Origin: Parcubacteria group bacterium Gr01-1014_13
GTDB taxonomy: Bacteria > Patescibacteriota > Patescibacteriia > Magasanikbacterales > GWA2-37-8
Assembly: GCA_007376295.1 (NCBI GenBank)
Contig: VMGB01000001.1
Coordinates: 349,969-413,968 of the forward strand
Direction of reading: 5' to 3'
Length of the DNA stretch: 64,000 bases
The first letter of the stretch is position 1. Every line of letters begins with the position of its first letter. Shown here in pieces: positions 56,486 through 64,000 of this stretch. Both the position numbers and the translations under genes were made by a program. Below the pieces are notes generated by a model. That model made no database searches, was not told the DNA's origin, and saw only the letters and a program-made list of their open reading frames with translations.

Positions 56486-57787
56486 CTACACTACAATGAA
56501 ATCTTTTTTCTTAATTAAGAAAAAAGCCCAAATTAGGTTCCACAAGAAATTGGCTACTAAACTAATTATATAAGTATAGGCTACTCCCATAATACCGTAT
56601 CGAGGAATAAATACTAGATTACAAATAACAAGGAGTACTAGCTGAAAAAATGCGCCTATAGCCATAATATGAGTTTTGTTGAAAATAGTAACGGTCATCG
56701 AAAATGGAATGGCTAAAATATTTAATAAAAAACCATAAGCCAATATCAAATAAACAGGCATCGCCGCCACATATTTCTGGCCAAAAAGAAAATTTATCAG
56801 GTATTGAGATGGGTATATAAGAAGCGCAATTCCAATTGTACCGACAAGTACCCATTTAAATACTCGCTTAACAAAGGCAATAAGCTCTGTTTTGTTTACC
56901 AAAGCGCTTATCTTCGGCATTAAAACGGAACTGATAGAACCATAAACCACCGGAAAAATTTGAATTAACTGCCAGGCGACGGTAAAAACTGCCACCTGTT
57001 CTAGCCCAAGATAATGACTGATCATTACTTGATCTATTTTACCGCCGGCAATAGCCATAAGCGATGAAATGGTAAGCCAAAAACTAAACTTAGCCAATTG
57101 TGAATGCAGATTACTTTTGACTTCTTGATCTACCTCAACTTTTCGGAATTTATCTGGGAACACTCCGTAATTTACTAAAAATAAAATCCAGGGCACAAAA
57201 ATATAAACGGATAAATACACGAATAAATTTCTAACGCCCGCCAACGCCAAAATTATAACTATTAACAGGCGCAAAAATCCTTTTAGGGACTGGACTGAAG
57301 CCTGATAAAAAAATCTTTGATTGGACTGCAGATAAGTAGCCAAAAAACCAAGCAAGATAACGCCGCCAATACCCAGAAAAGAATAAGCCAAGTAAGGGGC
57401 GATTTTGGCTTGGCCAAATAAATATTTAGCCAAAGGATATGATAAAACTATGCCGCCAAGCGTAAGTATCCAAGTTAACGCTACTCGCCAACGCCATACC
57501 GTTTTTAGTAATTGTTTTAACTTATCTGTTTGATTAGTAGCGATGTAATATGGAGCAAATCGCAGTAGGCCCATGTTTAAACCAAAATCAGATATCTCGG
57601 CCATTGTGCTTAACGCTAAAACCGAAAGCGAAAAAATACCAAAAAACTCCTGGCTTAAAGCTCTGGCCAAAATAATATTAAGGACAAGCAAAGACACGCC
57701 GTTTATCAATGACCCGACAGTCACAAAAGCGGTCTGGTGTAAGGCCCTTTTTTTAAAAATAGATTGTATACGCTCTTGAATTTGCAT
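56486..57787 (-). CDS. wzx: Wzx-type oligosaccharide flippase
   Basis: Multi-TM MATE-like pattern; ARAL...FG, DFGL, KIDQVMI...LG, PRYGIMG; start set at ATG 57787. Confidence 0.88.
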   Translation of the reverse strand: MQIQERIQSIFKKRALHQTAFVTVGSLINGVSLLVLNIILARALSQEFFGIFSLSVLALSTMAEISDFGLNMGLLRFAPYYIATNQTDKLKQLLKTVWRWRVALTWILTLGGIVLSYPLAKYLFGQAKIAPYLAYSFLGIGGVILLGFLATYLQSNQRFFYQASVQSLKGFLRLLIVIILALAGVRNLFVYLSVYIFVPWILFLVNYGVFPDKFRKVEVDQEVKSNLHSQLAKFSFWLTISSLMAIAGGKIDQVMISHYLGLEQVAVFTVAWQLIQIFPVVYGSISSVLMPKISALVNKTELIAFVKRVFKWVLVGTIGIALLIYPSQYLINFLFGQKYVAAMPVYLILAYGFLLNILAIPFSMTVTIFNKTHIMAIGAFFQLVLLVICNLVFIPRYGIMGVAYTYIISLVANFLWNLIWAFFLIKKKDFIVV

Positions 57788-57806
57788 AATTTCCACTCCA
57801 AAAAAT

Positions 57807-58595
57807 TTAGGCCTTAACAAACCAAAAACATCCGCAACCGTAAACTTGTTTCTCCACTAAAGATTTGTCCGCATTGGAGATTAATTTTCCCTCATCGGTT
57901 AGTAATGTAAATTCCCGGACTTGGAGATTGGAAAAGGCATTTACAACCTGGTCGTAAGAAAAAATTCTCTGAGAATTAAACTGGACATTAGGTTTTCCTA
58001 CTGGTACTACAATTAATAAACTACCTCCTACCGCCAACACTCTTTGCAATTCTTTCATGGCCTTGATGTCGCCAACAGGGTCTATCGGATCACCATATCT
58101 ACCCAAGCCGATATGCTCCAGCGTGTGCATGCAGGAAAGCGATTTAAGGCTGTTGTCTGCAAAAGGCAACTTTAACAAATCAGCGGATTCTGAGGAAAAA
58201 TTACTCAAAGTTATGTCCGCAGGTCTATAATCGTAAAATTTTACAGGGATAAAGGCTGAAACTAGCGTACTGAAATTAAGCGTGGAACTAATATCAGTAT
58301 GAAATTCAGGATTAATTTCCTTAAGCTTTCTGGCAGCCCAAGCCGGATGATAAGTATAATGACGATCAAAATCTTGCGTACTTGATTTTTCGTGTAAAAT
58401 AGGATAAAAATTTTTGGCCGACAAAACAAACCGGTTGTCCCCGACTTTGACCGATGCCTCTTTAAACTGTTTCCAATCTTTTAAGAATCCAATATACCTA
58501 AATTTGTTTAATACACGATCTTTCATCCTATTTGCCATCACCAATAATCCCAAAGGGAAAGTTTTCTTTAGAAATTGTTTAAGTTTTGGATTCAT
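57807..58595 (-). CDS. DUF268 family methyltransferase-like protein
   Basis: SLSCMHTLEHIGLGRYGDPIDP.GD...VPVG signature. Confidence 0.8.
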   Translation of the reverse strand: MNPKLKQFLKKTFPLGLLVMANRMKDRVLNKFRYIGFLKDWKQFKEASVKVGDNRFVLSAKNFYPILHEKSSTQDFDRHYTYHPAWAARKLKEINPEFHTDISSTLNFSTLVSAFIPVKFYDYRPADITLSNFSSESADLLKLPFADNSLKSLSCMHTLEHIGLGRYGDPIDPVGDIKAMKELQRVLAVGGSLLIVVPVGKPNVQFNSQRIFSYDQVVNAFSNLQVREFTLLTDEGKLISNADKSLVEKQVYGCGCFWFVKA

Positions 58596-58605
58596 AGTAG
58601 ATAAA

Positions 58606-59376
58606 TTAATCTTTAATTATTTCGCTGGAAGATGCGCCGATACCCGATACTCCGAGCCTGACCAGCCTGTGTACTTTTTTTCTGGGGATATATTTTGCTA
58701 ATGTATTTTCGATCGGATACGCTACCATTGTTAATGGAATCCCTTTAAGAAGGGCGCTCTTCCAGATACTATACGCGGATTTACGAAAACCATACAAACG
58801 CGTACAAATATAATCTTCTTTAATATACTGTAATACGAACTCTCCTTCTTCCCAATCATGCAAATTAAATTCTTCATTTAAAAAATATCGTCCGCTTATT
58901 TTAAAATAAAAATCGGCAGAAAATTTAAACTTCTTCATCGCGTAGTATAACATCATTATTTCACCCAAACTTTTCTGCTTACTATCACAGGACCAACGCA
59001 CTAATTTTTTATTTCCCACATAAATGTACTGATCAACTTTTTTCTCCAGTTCAAAAGGTAGATTTTCTTGCAGACCGCTTTCCACCAAAATTATTTTTGC
59101 GCCCGGTACTCGGCTATATATAGAATCAATCGTTTGCTGAGTTTGTTTGGCGCGTTCTTCGGGGCTAAAAATAGAGCGCGGTCCATCGTACTGAATTAAT
59201 TTGCCTTGTTTTGGATAAATTACCGAAGTAATAATAAAACAATACTCCACCATTTCTCTACCTGCCGGTTGTTTCTCAAACAAACCGCCGATCATTACTA
59301 CCAGCTGAAATGGCCATACAAAAAAAATTCTATAGACTTGGCGTAATATAAATGATATTAAATTTTTTAATGTCAT
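58606..59376 (-). CDS. hypothetical protein, possible glycan-modifying enzyme
   Basis: N-terminal hydrophobic segment; IITS, ER..QT, IILVESG, FKISGRY; inside the sugar operon. Confidence 0.6.
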   Translation of the reverse strand: MTLKNLISFILRQVYRIFFVWPFQLVVMIGGLFEKQPAGREMVEYCFIITSVIYPKQGKLIQYDGPRSIFSPEERAKQTQQTIDSIYSRVPGAKIILVESGLQENLPFELEKKVDQYIYVGNKKLVRWSCDSKQKSLGEIMMLYYAMKKFKFSADFYFKISGRYFLNEEFNLHDWEEGEFVLQYIKEDYICTRLYGFRKSAYSIWKSALLKGIPLTMVAYPIENTLAKYIPRKKVHRLVRLGVSGIGASSSEIIKD

Positions 59377-59377
59377 A

Positions 59378-60070
59378 TCATTTTTTCAAATTATCCATAA
59401 AACCTAAAACATCCTTGGCTTCCGGAAGATCATCTTCTGTATTTTCAATGTCTTGATGGTTAACTGCGCCCTCAAATTCCACCTCGACCCCTATATGTTT
59501 AGCTACGCTCTCTAAAGTTATGGCATTTTTCCCTCCTAACTCCACAATACCTTGACGGTCCAAATTTGATGCTAGCCAAGATACGCAAAAAGAGAGCGGG
59601 ATAAAAGAATAACGGCTTCTCTTATCTACAAAAACTTTTTTACCCTCCAGCATATCAACCAGTACCCCTTTCTTCATATTGTCGCCATAGAGCGCTCCGA
59701 GACGAACAATTAAATTATTGCCAAAATCACACAGCTTTTCTGCCGCAGCCTTATGTCTGCCATAAATAGTATCTGTCTGGCAGCGGGCGGAAACGGTGCT
59801 TATCTGTACAAACTTTTTAAATTGCCAACCGTACAACAGGTCAGCTGTTTTTTTTACTGTTTCCGTAAAATCTTCTTCGGGATGATTATTTGCCCAAAAA
59901 CGACCGGACGGCATAGCGCAATTTATAATTATATCGAACTTTTGCGCTTGTGTGGCGAGATAATTCTCTTTGGTTACTCCTACAACCGAATACTTTGAAG
60001 AATCAAGCAACTCTTTATATAGCGCGCTTCCAACATATCCTTTTGAGCCTATGACGGCTATGGAAAGCAT
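59378..60070 (-). CDS. short NAD(P)-dependent sugar 4-reductase/epimerase (SDR)
   Basis: GSKGYVG, IST, YGRHK. Confidence 0.8.
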   Translation of the reverse strand: MLSIAVIGSKGYVGSALYKELLDSSKYSVVGVTKENYLATQAQKFDIIINCAMPSGRFWANNHPEEDFTETVKKTADLLYGWQFKKFVQISTVSARCQTDTIYGRHKAAAEKLCDFGNNLIVRLGALYGDNMKKGVLVDMLEGKKVFVDKRSRYSFIPLSFCVSWLASNLDRQGIVELGGKNAITLESVAKHIGVEVEFEGAVNHQDIENTEDDLPEAKDVLGFMDNLKK

Positions 60071-60072
60071 AA

Positions 60073-60522
60073 TTACTTTATCATTGATTGTTTAAATTTC
60101 CCGGGTTCCAACAAAGTCCAGTCGGTTATATTTTTTTTGAGCTGCTCATGTAGAGGAATTTTAAGACGGTGTGTATCACTTTCGTATTTATCGCCGCCGC
60201 GAGGACCATTAACAAAACTTAAGAAAGCACACTTTTCAAGGGCAATAAATTCATGGGCTTCTCCTTTGTCCCAAGTTGTAAAATCATTTTGAGAAATGAC
60301 GGTTTTTTCAATTTTTTTACTACCCTGTTTTCTGCTATAAGCTACCATTTTACCAAAAAGCATAAAATCTGACTGCTGAGAGAGTTTATGAAAATGATTT
60401 CCCCGCACCGCTCCTTTATTTGAATAAATGATAACGCAGTGCTCATAAGGCTCCTTAACAAAAACATCCATAATTGACCCGCGCACATCTTTAAAATCTA
60501 TTTTTCTTTTAACTCGTTTCAT
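60073..60522 (-). CDS. cupin (FdtA/QdtA- or RmlC-like)
   Basis: DVRG and RGNHFH motifs; same family pattern as 46210-46605. Confidence 0.75.
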   Translation of the reverse strand: MKRVKRKIDFKDVRGSIMDVFVKEPYEHCVIIYSNKGAVRGNHFHKLSQQSDFMLFGKMVAYSRKQGSKKIEKTVISQNDFTTWDKGEAHEFIALEKCAFLSFVNGPRGGDKYESDTHRLKIPLHEQLKKNITDWTLLEPGKFKQSMIK

Positions 60523-60540
60523 AAATAAGAATTATATTAA

Positions 60541-61749
60541 TTACGATTCTATAACATGAGGAGTAATAAATTGAAGATGGGGAAATTTTGGCGAAATTTT
60601 AGCTTTGAGAAAATCAGCGATGTTCCAGGCAAGAATAAGAGCGTGAGAAACATCCTTATCTATCGTGTCGTCTGAAAAAATTGGTAAATGCGAACCAGGA
60701 GTATATTTTCCAATTTTAAGAGGGGAAGCATCAGTTGCAAAATCTATAAGCGTAGCATCAATGCCACAGTAATTTAAAAGGGTATTGCCCTTGGCCGCTG
60801 CGCCAATCGCAACAATTTTTCCGCCGCTCTCCCGCGCTTTTACCAATTCTTTAAGCAAATTAATTTTGCAATTTTTTACTTCTTCTGCAAACTTTCTCCA
60901 CTCTGCCTGGTCATACAGGCCAAACTTTTCTTCCAAAGCAATTTGCTTCGCTACCAATTCACTTTCTTGGCCGTATCCCACAAAAATCCTTATCGATCCG
61001 CTCATATAATTATTTTCTTCGAGGTGCGTAATCGAGAGTCCAAATTTTTTAAAAAAAGGCACGAGCGGTTTTATAGCGATATAAGATACGTGTTCTAAAT
61101 AAATAACATCAAAGTGTTTTTTTCTTATGATTTCCAAAAAATATGGCAACTCAATTATAAAACTACCCTCTTTGTCCAAAATGGAAATAACGTTTTCCAT
61201 AAATTCATCAAGGGGAGAAATATGATTAAAGGCATTGGTAATGGTGATAACCTTCGCCTTCCCTCTTTTTAATATTTTTTCGGCCGAAGAAGCGTTAAAA
61301 AAATCATTTATTGTTGGAATACCATTTTTTTCGGCCAGCGCGGCAATATTGTGTGAAGGGTCGACCCCCTGAACTTCTGCTCCGAGATCTTTAAACGCGC
61401 CCAGAAGCGTTCCGATATTACTGCCTATATCAACCACCAAATCACCATTTTTTACACCAGCTCTTTTTACTACTTCTTGAGCCATCTCCTGGAAGTGTTG
61501 TATTGAAATTTTAGAATTACCAGAATCATAACTATAATCGTTTTCTTGATAGCGGACTTCGGCGGGCACAACAAAACTATTCATCCCGTGTCCACAGTCT
61601 TGGCAAAGAAGTACACAAAGAGGGTATCGTCTCTCCGGTTCGTCTAGTTGACTTTCTTTCAAAAAAAAGTCCGCCAAAGGGTGAAATCCTAAATCAAGGA
61701 CTTTGGTTAGATTTTTTGAAGCACATAAATGGCATTGCGAAACTTTCAT
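60541..61749 (-). CDS. NDP-sugar C-methyltransferase
   Basis: CHLC..CQDC zinc site, DIGSN.G, IYLEH, GAAAKG, K.GK..PG, LAWN. Confidence 0.88.
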   Translation of the reverse strand: MKVSQCHLCASKNLTKVLDLGFHPLADFFLKESQLDEPERRYPLCVLLCQDCGHGMNSFVVPAEVRYQENDYSYDSGNSKISIQHFQEMAQEVVKRAGVKNGDLVVDIGSNIGTLLGAFKDLGAEVQGVDPSHNIAALAEKNGIPTINDFFNASSAEKILKRGKAKVITITNAFNHISPLDEFMENVISILDKEGSFIIELPYFLEIIRKKHFDVIYLEHVSYIAIKPLVPFFKKFGLSITHLEENNYMSGSIRIFVGYGQESELVAKQIALEEKFGLYDQAEWRKFAEEVKNCKINLLKELVKARESGGKIVAIGAAAKGNTLLNYCGIDATLIDFATDASPLKIGKYTPGSHLPIFSDDTIDKDVSHALILAWNIADFLKAKISPKFPHLQFITPHVIES

Positions 61750-61754
61750 AAGAT

Positions 61755-62144
61755 CTATAAAAATATTTTATCATCTACATATGGCCCGTCCTTGAAGGCA
61801 TAAATCAAAGCGTTCTTTGTTATTTTTATTTCATGCGCTCCATCTACTATCAACAAACACTGGCCAGATGAAACATTCTTTTTGGCGATAATTTTTCCTT
61901 TCCTGTCAAAAATACTAGCTTCTATAGCGCCTTTCATAACCACAATTGCTTCCTGGGGCTGTTTGGTAACTTTACGAATTTTTTTATGCACATGCTTTAC
62001 CACAACATGGCCTTGCTTTCGCTTCATTAAAAGCAACTGCAGGGGCCACGAAGGGTCAGTTATTGGAAATGTGCCTTCTTTTGCGGAAGAAAGGTCAATA
62101 ACCAGGGCAAATATTTTGTTTCCTGACTTAATTTTAGTTACCAT
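61755..62144 (-). CDS. WbuC-like cupin
   Basis: HVH...QE...G.H metal-site pattern; K.GPY. Confidence 0.7.
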   Translation of the reverse strand: MVTKIKSGNKIFALVIDLSSAKEGTFPITDPSWPLQLLLMKRKQGHVVVKHVHKKIRKVTKQPQEAIVVMKGAIEASIFDRKGKIIAKKNVSSGQCLLIVDGAHEIKITKNALIYAFKDGPYVDDKIFL

Positions 62145-63119
62145 TTAGGTGTTATCATTAAAATGTTCTAAATCATAATCCATCATGGCGTGTACTATTT
62201 CATTGAATTTCATTTTTGGCTCCCATCCCAGTTTTTTTATTTTTGAAGGGTCACCAAGAAGCAAAGGGACTTCATTCGGTCTTTTATACTTGTCATCTAT
62301 CTTTACATAATCTTCGGAGTTAAGGCCTACATAGGAAAAAGCTTCTTCAACAAACTCTTTTATGGTATGAGTTTCTCCTGTTGCAACTACGAACACATCC
62401 GGTTTCTCCTGTTGCATTATAAGATATATAGCTTCCACAAATTCCGGAGACCAACCCCAATCGCGTTTAGCATCCAGATTTCCTAATACCAAAGAATCCT
62501 GCGTGCCATTTTTAATTCGCGCCACTGCTTTAGTGATTTTTTTGGTCACGAACGTGCCGCCTCTTCTTGGACTCTCATGATTAAATAATATGCCGGTAGT
62601 AGCGAATAATCCGTAACCATCACGATACTGTCTGGTTAGATGGTAGGCGGCTAGTTTTGCTACTCCATACGGACTCTGGGGCATCATGGGGGTATTTTCA
62701 TTGTATGGGGCAGGCACTCCGGGCACACCAAACATTTCCGAGCTTGATGCCTGATAAAACTTTGTTTGAGGAGAAAATTTTCTAATTGCTTCAAGGACGT
62801 TTAAAACACCGACTGCATTTGTTTGAAGCGTATACTCTGGAACTTCAAATGACACTTTTACTTGAGACATTGCTCCAATATTATAGAACTCATCCGGCTT
62901 GATATCTGAAATTAGTCCGGCCGTAGCAAGAGCATCTGTAAGATCGCCATAATGTATATGAATGTTTGGATTGGAGGTAATAAGATGATCGATTCTGCCT
63001 GATGCAAAAGAAGAGATGCGGCGCATTATTCCGTGCACTTCATATCCCTTTGAAAGAAGTAATTCCGCCAAGTACGAACCATCCTGTCCCGTAATTCCGC
63101 TAATAATCGCTTTTTTCAT
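62145..63119 (-). CDS. gmd: GDP-mannose 4,6-dehydratase
   Basis: GITGQDGSYL, QASSSE, SPYGVAK, FNHESPRRG, LGNLDAKRDWG. Confidence 0.94.
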   Translation of the reverse strand: MKKAIISGITGQDGSYLAELLLSKGYEVHGIMRRISSFASGRIDHLITSNPNIHIHYGDLTDALATAGLISDIKPDEFYNIGAMSQVKVSFEVPEYTLQTNAVGVLNVLEAIRKFSPQTKFYQASSSEMFGVPGVPAPYNENTPMMPQSPYGVAKLAAYHLTRQYRDGYGLFATTGILFNHESPRRGGTFVTKKITKAVARIKNGTQDSLVLGNLDAKRDWGWSPEFVEAIYLIMQQEKPDVFVVATGETHTIKEFVEEAFSYVGLNSEDYVKIDDKYKRPNEVPLLLGDPSKIKKLGWEPKMKFNEIVHAMMDYDLEHFNDNT

Positions 63120-63178
63120 ATTGTTTTACTATTGAAAATGAGGTGAATAAAATATTTAACTTGAAGCATATTATAGCA

Positions 63179-64000
63179 TTACTTCTTAAAAAGTAAAGCA
63201 TCGCCACTAGCAGTGTTTGGCTTATCAATATTGAACCTGGCTTTTCTTAATTTAAGGAGATTATACACTGGATAAGCGAAAATTGACAAAACTATATAAT
63301 AATAAAACCATAGCTTGGGGGAAATATCTCCCCCCTTGGTAATTTGATAGTAGGCTATCCACATAAAATAGAAGAACAACGGCGATAAGGTAACCCAGGC
63401 CGTTATCCTTTTTAAATACTCATTTCCGCTTTTTATATAAGCGATCATTCCCAGCGGCAAAAGCCAAATCATATACCATGGCCAGATAGCCTTTTGCCAA
63501 AAAATTATATACACCACCATACTGATAAACAAAGCTACCAGAAAATCCGACTCGCTTAACGTATCTCTCTTCAAAATAACCAAAACCGCTTTTTTTATAA
63601 ACGGATACATCAAATACAGTATTAGCCCCAACAATCCGAATTGCACAAACCTGGTTAAATACCAATGAAAATTTGCGCCTGCCACAAACTTAAACAGCGG
63701 CTCCAAACTATAATACAACGTGGCAAAAACGCTCATCACCGCCCATTTTGACAATTTGGCTATTGTTTCGAAAACAGCAAACCCCTGCCAAAATTTTGCC
63801 CAAACTAAAACAGTTATTGCAACAGAAATTATAGCCCCCAACAATTGTCCACCAAGCATTTTTTTCCAATTCTGCCAATTTACTTCCTGCCACCATTTTA
63901 ATACAAACCAGGGTATAAAAAATATCGGTATAAATTTGATCCAAATACCAACAACAAGACAAGGCAATACCAACCACCAAGTTTTACGTTTTGTTAAAAT
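63179..64000 (-). CDS. multi-TM membrane protein (GT-C/GT87-like); 5' end outside the window
   Basis: Frame open to the window edge; IKF.P and WPWY..W motifs with many TM helices. Confidence 0.6.
   Translation of the reverse strand: MLTKRKTWWLVLPCLVVGIWIKFIPIFFIPWFVLKWWQEVNWQNWKKMLGGQLLGAIISVAITVLVWAKFWQGFAVFETIAKLSKWAVMSVFATLYYSLEPLFKFVAGANFHWYLTRFVQFGLLGLILYLMYPFIKKAVLVILKRDTLSESDFLVALFISMVVYIIFWQKAIWPWYMIWLLPLGMIAYIKSGNEYLKRITAWVTLSPLFFYFMWIAYYQITKGGDISPKLWFYYYIVLSIFAYPVYNLLKLRKARFNIDKPNTASGDALLFKK

Noticed and set aside
18799-63119. Phase-variable homopolymers in glycosyltransferase genes
   Set aside because: Only A/T runs of about 8-9 nt, expected at this composition; no long G/C tracts or frameshifted genes seen
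1-64000. CRISPR array, IS element, rRNA or recoded stop codons
   Set aside because: No spaced direct repeats, transposase or rRNA seen; genes translate full-length in code 11 and TGA is used as a stop

Overview
AT-rich bacterial chromosome segment with a Patescibacteria (CPR; Parcubacteria/ABY1-like) gene inventory; the taxon is inferred from gene content. Most genes are on the minus strand. 1-18.8 kb holds scattered housekeeping genes: frr, holB, a PAS kinase/response regulator pair, mreB, DUF4012, a short tsaB-like gene, rplJ-rplL with an L10-leader RNA, archaeal-type pyrH, rpmB (missed by the ORF track), a cupredoxin lipoprotein and tRNA-Pro(GGG), interleaved with orphan genes. 18.8-64 kb is a surface-glycan region of about 45 kb, interrupted by ftsW and rpmA. 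It encodes a rhamnose pathway with a plant/giant-virus-type NRS/ER epimerase-reductase, Ugd, a WecC/WbpA-like dehydrogenase, a full GDP-heptose route with its own transaldolase, Gmd, three cupins, two NDP-sugar C-methyltransferases (one fused to a UXS-like SDR), an inverted B12-radical SAM gene, Wzx and many GT2/GT4/GT-C enzymes. The two best candidates for something new are (i) six stand-alone accessory genes with Shine-Dalgarno-like sites, usually their own sigma70 promoter, and a terminator, set among core genes that lack SD sequences, and (ii) a pathway to heavily methylated, branched-chain and heptose glycans. I saw no CRISPR array, integrase, transposase, rRNA or reverse transcriptase. 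All calls are by eye from motifs; no searches were run.
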